A stretch of 64,000 nucleotides of DNA, from the NCBI GenBank assembly GCA_002633005.1, contig NMRA01000115.1, positions 308,104-372,103 on the forward strand. Reading direction: 5' to 3'. This document shows positions 27,130 through 40,183 of this stretch, one piece after another; positions within the stretch are counted from its first letter, which is position 1; each line of letters starts with the position of its first letter. Below the pieces are notes generated by a model. The model ran no database searches. It was not told where the DNA came from and saw only the letters and a program-made list of their open reading frames with translations. Source of the DNA: Phoronis australis. Its lineage: Eukaryota > Animalia > Phoronida. The position numbers and the translations under genes were made by a program.

Positions 27130-30100
27130 ACCAACCCTATTTCCTACAACCATATCATGTTTCCACCCCTAACCATACCTCAACTAGCTAAAACTAATAT
27201 TTTGTACTGTCTCAAACTAACATGTGTGCCTTAAAATTGATTCTAACCTCCAGCGGAACTTTTCGGCCTGGCAAGGGAAATTCTTTGGCCTGATGAGAGG
27301 GAATTGGCGCGATTTTGGCGTCATTTTGAAGTATTGTTCAAAGAGGCATCAAGGACCATGAACGTTAGTTATACAAAACTTCTCCGTGAAATAATTATTG
27401 GGAAAAAATGGAGTCCATCAATGGTAAGGTTAGATTTGAGCAGCAGTAAATGTAAACTTGGTAAAACATGGGATAAAAGATCAGGTTCTAAAAATGAAAA
27501 ATCGGCAATTTATGCAATTATTTTGAGTGGAAATGAGGGGAGGCTTCCTTTTGGCCTAATAATAATCAAAATCTAGAGACTTTGAGTAACTTCGAAGTAA
27601 GTGTCCTTGTACGAGATTATTTAGCCAAACAATGACAACCGAGAAATGGGTTTCTCAAAACTGACACAATTTTTACATGCAAGCGAATCATGAGACCACA
27701 AACTGCGTTGCGCCTGGCTGTACATTTGAGAATGGCGAATATAGAATGACAGGCCCAAGAGAAACAGACCAGATATGCAAGTGCGATCACATTCTGTCTG
27801 AAGGCAACAAAACCTATAAGTTACACAGCGAACAAAGGGAAACGCTTAAATTAAAGTGCACACAGTACAATAACAAAAAGTCAATATCACTGTAGGGCCA
27901 AGGTTTTTAACAAATGTGAACTTTTCAAAGTGCCTCAGAGCACACGCCATAAATGTAATTATAGAATAAGAGCTTTAACAATACCAAACATGGTGTGCCG
28001 CTGCATGAAATAATAGCACATATATATTTTGCCGTAACATCGAATAAGAAAGACAGAAAACACATGAAAGAATACCCATTAGCCGGTGGCAATAGCAGAA
28101 AGGTGAAAAGTTGAAAGACGGGACAGAACAATGGAGGGTAAATGGTTCATTTAGTCCCAAACATTAGCTTAACATTACACTGATGGGGACATTCAAAGCA
28201 TGCAAAATTACTTTCAATAAATCTCCCCAATTTATATTTCTAGCTACTTGTTCATCATATTAAATTTACTCAGGGTAGCAGCGGAGCATGGCAATTCCAC
28301 ACACACTCTGCAAAATGGTCATTTTCCATTTTTCAAAAGCTAATTACATTTTTGCAAACAATGAGACTTTGTCATGGCCTGAACTGTTCTTAGTCCTTAA
28401 TTTTTAGGAGAAATTAAACAATATACAGAATTTTTTAATTCTGTTGAACTTATCGGCTATGCTGCGACAATTACCATAATAACATGAGTAATTGCCAAGT
28501 ACACAAAAATAAATGCATTATGTATTAATTTGGGAGGAAGATCAATTGTGTTTGGACTTCCTTAATGATCTTCAAGTGTCCACCAGCACTGCTATGTAAA
28601 TTATCGTTCTTCAAAACTAAACTATGCCATTCTCGTGCACACAGATCAGGCAAGAGCTAACACACCTAATTTCACAGCAAGGCGTGACTGAACCAAGGCA
28701 CAGTGTAAACTTCACAGGGACTGAATTTGACCTCTTGGAATTGTACTGAAAAGTGAGTACACTTTCGTGACACCCTGTATTCCAAATGAAAATGTTATTA
28801 CTTTTTAAACCTTTAACCAAGAGGAGCTATGAGTTTACTCAAACTAAGAGGTGAACATCAATTAAAGCAAATGCTCACAGAAATTTAAAGGGAAAGCTCA
28901 CAAAAGAAAGAGATATAATCCCCACAAATATGTCCAGCAAACTAGGTGGGAGAGGTATCAGGCTATGCTAACACAAATCAATGACTCATTTAAAATAACT
29001 GCACAGAGGATTAAGCAACAGGAACAGAGTTGGAACTAGTAATTTGTAAACACTGAAAATGTTTCCAGGTGTGTCCACACTGCAGTGGGGGTGTTGATAA
29101 GAGGGGGTTAGGAAATTAATAGTGTCAGGGATGGTGCTACATTTGGCAATCTGTCACTGTTACACTGACACAATGGGCCAGAGTAAACAAGATAGTGAAG
29201 TTATTAGAGGTCCTAGAGCTGCCTGGGAGTTGAACCTGGTACTCAGGGGTACAAACACAGATCTCAAGACAGATAGGTTGAGAAGAATGTTCCAGTGCTA
29301 TCAAAAATATCTTATCCAGTATTGAGCCTAAGTAAGAACTGGGATGTTAAAACTTGAATACAAAGTTGGAACCAAGACAACCGTGTACAGATATACGAGG
29401 AAGGCTCAACCAACATATAGTTTCCATGGCAGGCCAATGGGATGGAGGATTCAACAACCCATCAGTCAATATGTCAGCTGCCATAAACTCCCTAGGGTGC
29501 AGCATGGGATATACATCTTCAGATTAAAAAAAAAAACATTTTTTTTAAAAATCAAGGCACAAGACCCATTGGATCCCCTACAGGACTCGCAGCCACGGAT
29601 AATGGAATTTATGTAAGCTTAATTTGATAGGTCATGGCAAAACCCTGGTGACAGAAAACAAGTTTGTTAGTAACCGCTAAACTACATGAAAAACACACTG
29701 AATGGTGGAAAACTTCAGCTATCAACAGCTGCCTATTCAGTGACTCCAACAATAAAAACTGCACCTCAATAAATGAGTAAGCCGCCTTGTTTTAACAGGT
29801 TATAATAACCTTCTAGAAGATATTGCGGTCATGCCACAAAAAAGACCAAAGTACAGCCACAAACACCAAGTTGGAGGCCTCAGCACATTTGCAGGATTCA
29901 CATCAGTAAGCATGGTTCACCATAGTCCAGATATCTCAGTAGTATCTGGCATGCCTCTGGAATGAGGTTATTGTGGTGTGTAGGAGATGATCAACTAGGG
30001 CTTTGACTTTCAAACAGAGATATGACTGCATTCCCAAGAGGTCCGACTAGACTGATGGATGGACATATCACGTGGAATATGGACTTTGATCAAGTTGTAT

Positions 30101-30829
30101 TTCCCCATCAGAGACTGCATATTTAGCAATAAGTCGGTCACCATTTGCCAACTGCTTACACGAGAAGAACCAAAACTGAAAGTTGGACATGAATTTTGTC
30201 ACACAGCATGGAAACGTAGCAATAACGCACATTTAGAAAATCGCACACAGCCAGGGGTGAAAGTGGTGTTACCCACTTTCCTGTTTGCTCAAATCAGTCT
30301 AGCAGTACCAATACAGGGATGTGTCATATAGCAGCAACTATGGTAATTATGTCATCTCAGTATATGGACGACAAAAATAACCTTAATTCTATCTTTCATT
30401 GTGAGTTAAAGATGAAACAAATACAGGCAACCGCAATACAGTCACAGCAAAAGTCAGAACTACCTCAAAAATAATTTTGAAACCCTGAAAAATTCCAGTA
30501 AAACCTTGGATTTTGTGACTGCTACTAACTGTGACATTGGAAATTTTACAGCCAGATGTGGCATTGGACACAATGGAGATAAGTGATGTCATGGCAACAA
30601 ATACAGAGATAGGAGCCAGCCATTGATCTGTGAGATTAGTTCTGCATTTGTCAGATTTCATAAACCATTGGCAATTAAGCACATACGACATCGGCTAATT
30701 AAAAGAGATAATATTTTAAAATCAATCCAACACAATAAAAACAACAGGGCACAACGACCCTTGAGGAGGGCCTCAGGTTGTATTGATTATGAGTTCAACA
30801 GCTGAATCAAAACATATTCATGAAAGTCT

Positions 30830-31200
30830 GTCTTCTTTAATCTGGCCAAACACACAAGCTAAAACCTTGACACATTCAAACGAAAACATTGCCAAAACTC
30901 ACCTTTTTATTTTTCAAATGCTTCTTACAGTGTGGATCACATCCACAATTTCTCCCAACAATGTTGAATGGCATCTGCCATATATCTTTTATTTATCATA
31001 TTTTATTTTTATTTTGCTTCATCAGTCTTTCCATGTTAATTTCTTATACTTTGCTTATTACTTAAATTTGTCTTTCATTGTGTAATTCTGTTTTTGTCTT
31101 ACTATCTATTTGTTTTTTACTGAGGGCCCCCATGGAAAGCAGTGTGAACTGATGGGGCTACCCTCATTGTAAATATTACATTAATGAATAAATAAATAAA
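30830..31200 (+). mobile_element. Possible decayed 3' end of a CR1/L2-group LINE
   Basis: Residual LIW...KTHLF peptide resembling the L2/CR1 ORF2 C-terminus, T-rich UTR, stem-loop GAGGGCCCCCAT...ATGGGGCTACCCTC, then an (AATA)n tail. Confidence 0.45.
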
Positions 31201-31569
31201 GGCAATGGACTAGTTTGGTGCTACATGTTTTTTAAGAAAAATGGGAAAATAAGATTTGACATCTCTAAAGTGGAGAGATTTATTTTTCAATTAAAAAACA
31301 TTACAAAATATGTTTTCAACTCTTGGATATTATAACAAAATTGTTCTCTATTTGAACACAGAAATTCCCCAATTATTTTGATTGTTTTTTTTTTAATTTT
31401 CAAAGGTTGATCTCGCTGCAAATAATGGAAACCTCAACTAAATGCATATTATGACACCTACATGTAATATACAATTTTGTGGACACATTTGTCTCAGTAG
31501 AATTTCTTTTGTACCGTTGTTTGAAGTAAGTGAAGAATTACTGTAATTTTTCTTCAGAAACTGGTGAGT

Positions 31570-33090
31570 GGTGACCAGAAAGAAAATTCAGCCAATGCTG
31601 ATCAAGGTAAGGTTATGTGGGAACTTTGAATAATGTTCAACTTTGGCCAAGTTTAGAACATCGCATGTCAGATATGGTACCGAGACTGTGTTCACATGAA
31701 ACTTGTGAAGCACTGTTCTCCGAAATGCACTGTAAGGAAATGGTTTTAGAATGCTCCACTGTTGCACGAGGGACTGTCAAAGAATAAGACTTTTGATATT
31801 TATGAAATATTTGCATAAAATGAACAAAATACAGTAATTAAGAAAACTGTAACAGAGTTCTTGAGAATTAATTTTTAACATTCATATCCCACAAAATTTG
31901 GTATTGTTGTTTTGCTATCGATGCACTTTTCTGTTTTGCTAAATTGTCCTAAAATTCAGGGCCATGTGAACTAATTAATGGCAGATTGGCATAAAGTTAA
32001 GAATCAAATTATGTGGAATGCCTGCTTTCAGGAAATACTCCGGTATATATTTTTGCTGGGTTAAATTCTATAGTTTTGAAGTTATTTAGTTAAATGTATA
32101 AACTTGTCAATATGGTCCTACACTGAGTACAGTAATGGAACATGGATCAAAATTCCTTAGCGGCTACCCACAAAAATTTGGTAAGTTTAGAGCACAGCAA
32201 AATGAAGCGGATTGAAAACAGACAGTAGTAAATTCAGCAATTCTATCAAGAAATCTGTAAATTCATCCAGAGATCTACAAAACAATAAAATTTAACCCAG
32301 TAAAATAAACTATATATTTTCTCAAAGTAGAAAGATGCTGGAATTAGATTTTTGACCTTATACCACGCTGGCGTTGATTGGGTCACATGACCATAATTTT
32401 GACCAATCAACAACGGTATGTTCATATCAAAACAATATCAAAAACATAACCACATTTTGTTTGACATATGTTCAAGATAAATTTCAGAAACGACGTTACA
32501 GTTTTTTAAATCCTCATTTGGTTTAAATTTTAAGCATTTTAAGAATATTTTTATCAAAATTTCTTGATAGTCCTAGCAAAAGTGGGTCATGCTAAAAACA
32601 GCCTTTTGAACGACAGTGCATAAAGCACAGGGGCTCATTCCAAGAAAACTGATTTAGCTAAGACAATTCTTAACTTTTAGTCAATTTTGAGATAAAATTT
32701 AAATTTGTCTCAAGACTGTTTCAGGGAAGATAACTTAAGTTTGACTTAAGTTTTTGACTTAAGTTTTTGACTTAAGTTTTGTCTTAACTTCGACTATCTT
32801 ACCAAATGCGGAAGTTTCAAAGTTTTGAAGTTGAGACAAATCTTAAACTTAAAGTTAAAAATGAACTTAAGTCAGATTCTTGGAACGGGCCCCAGTATCT
32901 GAAAGTTTCCTTTCGATGGTCCATTACTGAAATATGATGTTTCATAGTTAGCCAAATTTGGAGATCTGTCTAAGGTCCTAAAAAACCTTTAGCCAAAAAC
33001 TAATGTTATTTGAACAATTCCAAGATGGTCTACATCTTAACCTGGTTAAGAAGCAGATTTTCCCAATTTTGAGCTAGTTCACAGTGGCAC
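31570..33090. mobile_element. Old degenerate foldback (long inverted repeat) element, centre ~32175; ends approximate
   Basis: Symmetric complementary blocks: TTTTGCTGGGTTAAATT (~32051) / AATTTAACCCAGTAAAA (~32289); AAAACTGTAAC (~31843) / GTTACAGTTTT (~32495); blocks at ~31640 / ~32940 are symmetric once the nested MITE is removed. Confidence 0.6.
32631..32892. mobile_element. MITE with CAG TSD (262 bp), probably Harbinger-type, nested in a foldback element
   Basis: TIR GGGCTCATTCCAAGAA / TTCTTGGAACGGGCCC; CAG duplicated on both sides; internal tandem (AAGTTTTTGACTT)n. Confidence 0.8.
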
Positions 33091-35524
33091 CAGCACAGAC
33101 AAAACAGACTAGCAGCTTTCAGGAGGTTTTAAAATGACAGGATAGAGATTTAGGACAACGTATGTCAAAACACTATTCATCCTACCAGCAAAAAGGACTG
33201 GAAATACCAAGGACTGCCACCACAATCTTATTTGTAAACAAAATTTATTGAAAATTGCAATAGAAATGAATGTGTGACCACAGTCAAAGTATGTGGGTTA
33301 GAAAGTAAGACAAAAATCAAACAACATCAAGAGCCAAGATGGTTTCAATGGCGCCACAGGTGAAATAAGATAAACGAAGTGGCCTTTGAATTGAGAAGAT
33401 AGTCGTGCTGGACATGGCAAACATGGGAGGCACAGGAGTTAGAATAAGCAAGGACAGGGCTGAGGGAAAAGAAAAACCTATATTACTGGGGTAGGTGCTG
33501 CTTCGGTAATATGACTACTGTATGCATTTCACACTGTGGCGAAATAAGGCAAGTTAATGTTTCTTGTTTTCTATGGATTACGTTATGCAGTGGCTAGAAA
33601 ATGCAATCACACATGTAATTTTTGGTTTACTAAACCACTCCATTAATATTTTATTTTGCACTGAATGTGGACATTTTTTGACCCAGCCTTAAATCATTGT
33701 TCGACCAAGTCTATTAATCTGGGCCAAGATCTATCAAATATTGAATAATTTTGAACGATGCATGCAGAAGCAATATTCAATAGTGAGCAAATAAAGGGCT
33801 ATGCCGTTATTATTAATGTATGTTCAGTATTCACCTATTCAGCACACTACATGGCGGATATGTGAAACTTAATAATGTCGAATTTCCGAAGAAAAATAAC
33901 TATCGAGAAAATTTTAGCTTGCTCTTAGCTTAGTCTGTAGTGTGCAGATGTTATATAACAACATTTAGTAGAATTTATAATGTATACGTTAAAGAAATCA
34001 ACCCTTGAAACGTAGAAAATGACAATTTTGGCAATATTTTTTGAGCGAAATAGATCACGTACCTTTTATGGAAACGGGCAATGCACAATCTATAATAGGC
34101 TAACTTGTATCGCTTCAAGCTTAGCCAAGGTAGTAAGCAAAAGATTAGTCATTTTTTCTTTCCACTCTCCATCTTTGAAAATGTAGGTATATTGTACTCA
34201 GGCAACTGATATTTACAAATGTTATAACTGTATATGGTAACAAGGATTCTGAAATTCATCAGCACATCCTGCAAGAATGTTGCATATTCAGTTTGAGTAC
34301 ACAGCTCCATTTAAAAACAAATGTACCACTTGTAACAGAATACCTGTCACCTGCATTGATATCCATGGTGTTTGGGCAGTTCTGCAGTGCCAAGAAAAGA
34401 ATGTTCCACCCAATACACAGAAAAACATTGATGAAAAGCACACAAAGACCACCACATGGAAACAATGGGTTTTGTGGTCACAAAGCAAGAACAATTAGGC
34501 CAATGGAATGCATCACACTATATAGATATTCTTTGTGTTGCCTTTGTTTTTACAATAATCAAAGCACCGAGATGAAATGACCAGGTATGTAATGCTAACG
34601 ACAATCTAACAGTACATTATGGGATATGGTACTTCTTCAGACATTTTACACACAAGTAAAAAGGAAACTCTTTGCCAATTTTGTACAAAAAAATTGCTAA
34701 AATTGTCATCTTTTCATTGTTCTAAGGGTTCATTTGAATGCCCACAATTTTTCAAAATATTGTTTGATGGAAGCTACTGTTCAGACCTTGAACATGGAAA
34801 GCACTAAGTAAAATCTCATTAATTTATGAAACAATATGGCTAACAAGTGAAATGTATGTCTTCGTGTGTTTTATGCAAGAGAAGTAGCACCGACCAAATG
34901 GATTAAAATTTTAAAGGTCTAAACCATAGTCACCATCACGAAGTATTTAAAAGAGGAACAGTGAGCACAGCATGAGAAGGCTTTGAAAAATGAATATCCT
35001 AGATCAATTTTGACAATGATTTCTGTACGAACTGAGGGAGTCTGTACCTTATGCTGGTGCTCCATGGAAAATCACTTGTCTGCCAGTAGGTCATCAATTG
35101 GTGAGATTTCACCATATATCGTATTTCAAAAGTTGACAACAACGCTGAGAATTTAAATTACAAATTTCCCAATAATTATTTTGTACTCCTTATGAAGAAG
35201 AATGTTGATTTCTTAATATTTACTTCTGCTGAGAAATTAAAGGACATAAATTTCAATTCTCTACTCAGATTGTTAAATAAGTAAATAATAAATGGAATGC
35301 AGTTTTCAAGTCCTCAGACCTATAACTTCACCATGTATCATTACTGTCCACTTTCATTGGTAATTACAAGTCAAATGTAGTTTCCCTGTTGATTTCAACG
35401 GTTTATTTGAACCATCATTATATACAAGATTTCATAATATTCTTTTAAGATGTTTCGAGAAAATAATTACAGAAAACAGGAATGAACTGAATAACTGACC
35501 ACTCAACCAACATGAAACGACGAG

Positions 35525-35760
35525 GAGGCAGTGTGGCCTGGTTGATAAGTGCCCGCTTTCTTTACTGGAGGTCATGGGTTGGAATCCCACCAGGTCACAC
35601 TGCTAAACCCTTGAGCCAGGTTTCTAGCACCTCAGCTCGGTTTTAACCATATATTAATAAAGCACAAAAATATTTCCAGGTGATCAGTGCAATGGGCCCA
35701 TTTACAAGGCCTGCGCACATCTGGTACGTGTATCAGACCGCCTGCAATTATTTTATTTTT
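35525..35760 (+). mobile_element. tRNA-derived SINE, degenerate
   Basis: A-box-like GTGGCCTGGTTG, B-box-like GGGTTGGAATCCC, core CAGCTCGGTTTTA shared with the copies at 44004 and 62372. Confidence 0.65.
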
Positions 35761-36699
35761 TTAACAGGAAACAATTATTGAGTCAACTTTTCTTCAACGG
35801 TAGGTTACACGTAATTATGGTTGTTAGAAATGTCACAAACTAAGAGAATTGTGACATGTCCAAAGTCATTACAAACAGGCCTTAGACTCTAAGAGGTGAA
35901 ACTCAGCTGCCTATGAACAAATCAACAGCTGATGATCACCATGAAAGCAAGACAGGGTGTTCACTGAAATAACATTTATTCAGGCTCCAATGTTCCTTTA
36001 TCAATCCATGTCATCTCTTCTCAGAAAACACATTATCACAGTTTGCAGTGAAATTGGAGCTCCAAGCAAATCTTCACTAAATGGAGACTTGGAAGTCTTC
36101 AGCAGAAATTGACATGCATTGCTGGTGATCTGGACTGGTGGTCAACCTCAAGTCTTGACAGATGTGACCCTGGGCCAAGTAAATTCACTGACCATAGATT
36201 AAAAGGAGACAAGACTGCACAAATAATTGGGACTTGATATTTAGGGCAGACTATGTGGTCAGGCATTCCAGGAAATGATCAACTAGCCAATTGTGTGCAA
36301 AAGCAGCTTACTCTAGAGAGTAGCTGGGACAAAATTAACAAACAATTCACCTCCATGAGTTTTATAGTGGAATTCAATCAAAATAAAGCTGGCAAAGATC
36401 CTAGTGAGATGTACACATGATTTGACACACAACGTACTTTGACCACCAAATGATAAATTAGTTCCTACATTCCCACCAGTTGGTTGAAAAAAGTGTGGCA
36501 AATCAAAGACCGTGGCAAAAAGGACGGCCGCACGTAAGAAACACGAGTTGAGTTTTAGAACCAAGGGTCTGCTTCACTAATAAAAATGTTTTACACCTTG
36601 TGTAGATGGAGACTTAAATCAAAACTTTTGACTTCGCAGTCAAGGTAGTCAGTGATAAGTCTTTTATTAGACTCTGAGATAGAACCTACTGGTGGACAT

Positions 36700-37198
36700 T
36701 TTGGTATAGTCTCACGCACCCCTCGGTTTAGTCTCACACACCCCCTTGGTATATCCCCTTCGTATAGTCTCACGCACCCCCTTGGTATTAGTCTCACATA
36801 CACCCTTGGTATAGTCCCACACATACCCTTGGTATAGTCTCACATACCCCTTGGTATAACGGTAGTCTCACACAACCCCTTGGTATAGTCTTACACACCC
36901 CCTTGGCATAGTCTCACACACCACCTTGGTATAGTCTCACACACCCCTTGGTAAGTCTCACGCGCCCCCTAGGTATAGCCTCACACACCCCCTTGGTACA
37001 GTCTCACGCACCCCCTTGGTATAGTCTTACACACCCCTTTGGTATAGACTCATGCACCTCCTTGCTATAGTATCACGCACCCCCTTGGTATAGTCTCACG
37101 CACCCCCTTGGTACAGTCTCACGCACCCCTTGGTATAGTCTTACACACCCCCTTGGTATAGAATCATGCACCTCCTTGCTATAGTCTCATGCACCACC
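36700..37198 (+). repeat. Minisatellite, ~23-25-bp unit (TGGTATAGTCTCACACACCCCCT), about 20 copies
   Basis: Directly visible tandem array with unit variants. Confidence 0.95.
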
Positions 37199-37729
37199 TC
37201 ACATTTTCCAGTTCTTGACTCTCCAACCAACTCACATTCCCTCTCCCCATCTCCTTAAACACCCCCATGTTTCTCTCTATTCTTTCTCCTCATGCATTTG
37301 TAGGCCTCTCAGTCAGACAAATTTACTGTTTACAGAAATGCCCCCCCCCCCATCTCTCCCAAATCCACCTTTCCCAACCACATCCTGAACTCCATTCCTC
37401 CATTCAGGCCAGCATCATCTCACTCCCCCTAATCAAGTTTGAAGTCCAAATAAACAGTGCTGATCACTTTTCATGGATAATGTGACTCCAGGCAGTTGGT
37501 ACCAGCCAGATGGTGATCCTGGCTGGGACCAAGGGTGACTGTAATTGCCAGCAAGTACTAGATATGAGTTGGCCTTTATTGACACCTAATGTCCTACAGA
37601 CCTGGTGAGATTTATGGTCCATCAAATCATGCATTACCCCAGACATGAGGGCTGCACTCTCTGGTGATCACAGCAAGGTCTGGAAAGACTTAAAATTATC
37701 CAACCAGAAATTTGTACACATGTCTATTA

Positions 37730-38235
37730 AGGCCCTTTCATATTGACTTAACTCCAGTCTGAGCAGAGCGTCGACGTAAACAGCGCAGTTAACTGGACCG
37801 TTCATACTGGCTTCCGTAGTTAATGACCATCGAAGTAAAGGGTTGGTGACCCTGACGTCATCGAAGTTATCGCAAGGTAGCGCTGCACGCTAAGATTTTT
37901 TTCAATGTGACAATTTGGAACATTTAAATGTGCTAAATGACATAAAACTCATTTTTAAATCGATTGGTTATCATTAAACCCAAAAATAAGTAGTTATTAG
38001 TGACGGCACTACTCTGTAACTGTTGATGATAACAGTGGCACCTGGCGATAACTTCGGTTGGACCGGAGTTAAGCGTTCATACTGCACCGCAGCGTCGACG
38101 CTGCGGTCTTAAATCCACCTATTAACTGCGATGTTAACTGGAGCTCTTAACTGCGATCCAGGACCGGAGTTAAGCGTTCATACTGACCGCAACTCCCCAA
38201 ACCATCGACGCGTCGACGTTAGTATGAAAGGCCCT
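37730..38235 (-). mobile_element. MITE family H1, copy B (506 bp, inverted)
   Basis: Reverse complement of copy A over its full length; TSD TTA on both sides. Confidence 0.9.
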
Positions 38236-39649
38236 TTAAATGTAATAACACACATAAATGATAAAAATCCCAAAACCTAATAAAGAGCTAAGTTGAGAAA
38301 AGTACAATAATTGTATTTAAAATTGTAAATTTGCATTAAATAATCAAATTTCATGCATTGAAATGCTATCAAAACGCCAATGAACAAAGCAAGAGGTCAC
38401 ACGACTAAATGGTCTTGTTCCAAGGTGCTGCACTAATCCTTGATGGAGATGGCAAGCCACAAGGACAGTAACCCTAAGACACACAGGAAAATCAATGCCA
38501 GAATTGGATTGTGCTAATCCTTTAAGAGGATAGAGGGCAAAAAGTAAACTAGATGACAACAGCATTCAATAAGAGGTCTTTACATTAATATGCACACAGA
38601 CTTAATGATTGATAGGTTTGTGATCAGCTGAATAGCATAAAGACAATGGCTGAACCTGTGGACCCACAGAGAAATGTTGTGAATTTACTCAGGTGCATAG
38701 CAATTGTACAAGAGTACAGGGCATACAAGAGCAACATGCCATGTGTTATTAAGTGCCACAGGGCATTAAACACCCATATAACATTGTTTCTATTGCATTC
38801 ACTAGAACACAGTGAGTGTCAATTTTGCAAAATCAGTGGATGTATTAATACCAGGCCCAGATTTCTCCATGTTTGTGATTAGAAGGCTGGCCACTTCTGA
38901 CCTAACAGCAGAGCAAAGAGAGACCTTGATTTACACAGAACCTCAAACATAGGTAGGTTTGCGGTTAGGGGGGGGGGGGGNAAAGGGGTAACGACCAGAA
39001 TCCAGGATGTATTAGATTGGAAGAATGAGAAACTAAAAAACAGGGGTGGGCCTTAAGCCAAGCATGGACAATCGATTACGAAATTTTTGAGAAGCTGGGG
39101 ATGGGAGTACACCCGAGTTGCCAGGTAAGAAAAATGAGTTGGACTTGTACAGAAAAGTAAAAGTAGGAGAGTACGATCATACCCAACCCCCAGACCCTCC
39201 CAAATAAGGCATTCCTGCTGTCGCTAGTTACGGCTGAGCGAGTTTGTACAGTAAAATATCACCTATTTTTGAAAAAATAATTGCTTTTTCCTTGTTCAGG
39301 GGCTTCCAACATTATTGTGGATGTTCATATCTTTTTAAAACTTTGCCTGATGTTAGCTGTAGTGTAAAAGCAGAGATGAAAAAGCATTTCACCAGCGGCT
39401 ACATGTGTTGCATGGAGAAAAGACTATATAAAATTTCACTTGTCTGGCACACTGTATCCAAAATTGGAGAGATTTTACTGTAAATTTTGTGCTAAAATTT
39501 ACATTAGACCATCAACAGCTGAAGTCACAATCACATAAATTGGGTATGGGTGGCAAGGTAAGCGTGACTGCTTAAATAAAAAATTGAAATTTTTTCAGGT
39601 GGACGTTTAAGTAAAATATGGGTTTGTGTTAAAGAATACGGTAACTTTA

Positions 39650-40161
39650 GGTGCTTTCCCATTAGAGGCGAAACTTTGCTTTTACCAAAGTTTCAGTAAG
39701 TGGGAAAGGTTAACTCTGGCAATTAATCTGCAAGCGAAACTTCACTGACAATAGGATTTAGAAGCGAAGCTTCAGTACTCACCGAAACTTTGCCGTAGTG
39801 GAAACGATCAGAGCAAAGCTTTGTCGCAGTTATCGATAGAGACAATGATCACGCGAGACTCATAAAACATGTACTTTGTTATTATGGCGTAGCCCACGTG
39901 CTCTAATAGATGCACGTATATAAATAAAAGAAAGCATATCTGATGAAGAATGACACAGGTCATTTTCATAAAGACTTGTACATGGCAGGAGAATAATTTT
40001 AAGATGGCTTCAAACTCATAACTGAATATTCGTTCGAGAGTATGAATGATCTGTGTCGTCTGGTGTCTTAGCGATAACTTCGATATCACTGTCCAGTCTG
40101 AAATGTAAGCAAAGTTTCAGCGAAGCTTCGGAAAACCGAAGTTCCCCAATGGGAAAGCACC
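39650..40161. mobile_element. Harbinger-like MITE family H2 (~512 bp)
   Basis: 14-bp perfect TIR GGTGCTTTCCCATT / AATGGGAAAGCACC; TTA at both flanks (one extra base on the right); many subterminal CGAAACTT/CGAAGCTT/AAGTTTC motifs. Confidence 0.8.
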
Positions 40162-40183
40162 ATTAGACAACCTAACTGTCTAA

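Noticed and set aside
36700-37198. CRISPR-like array
   Set aside because: Contiguous tandem units without unique spacers, no cas genes, eukaryotic context.
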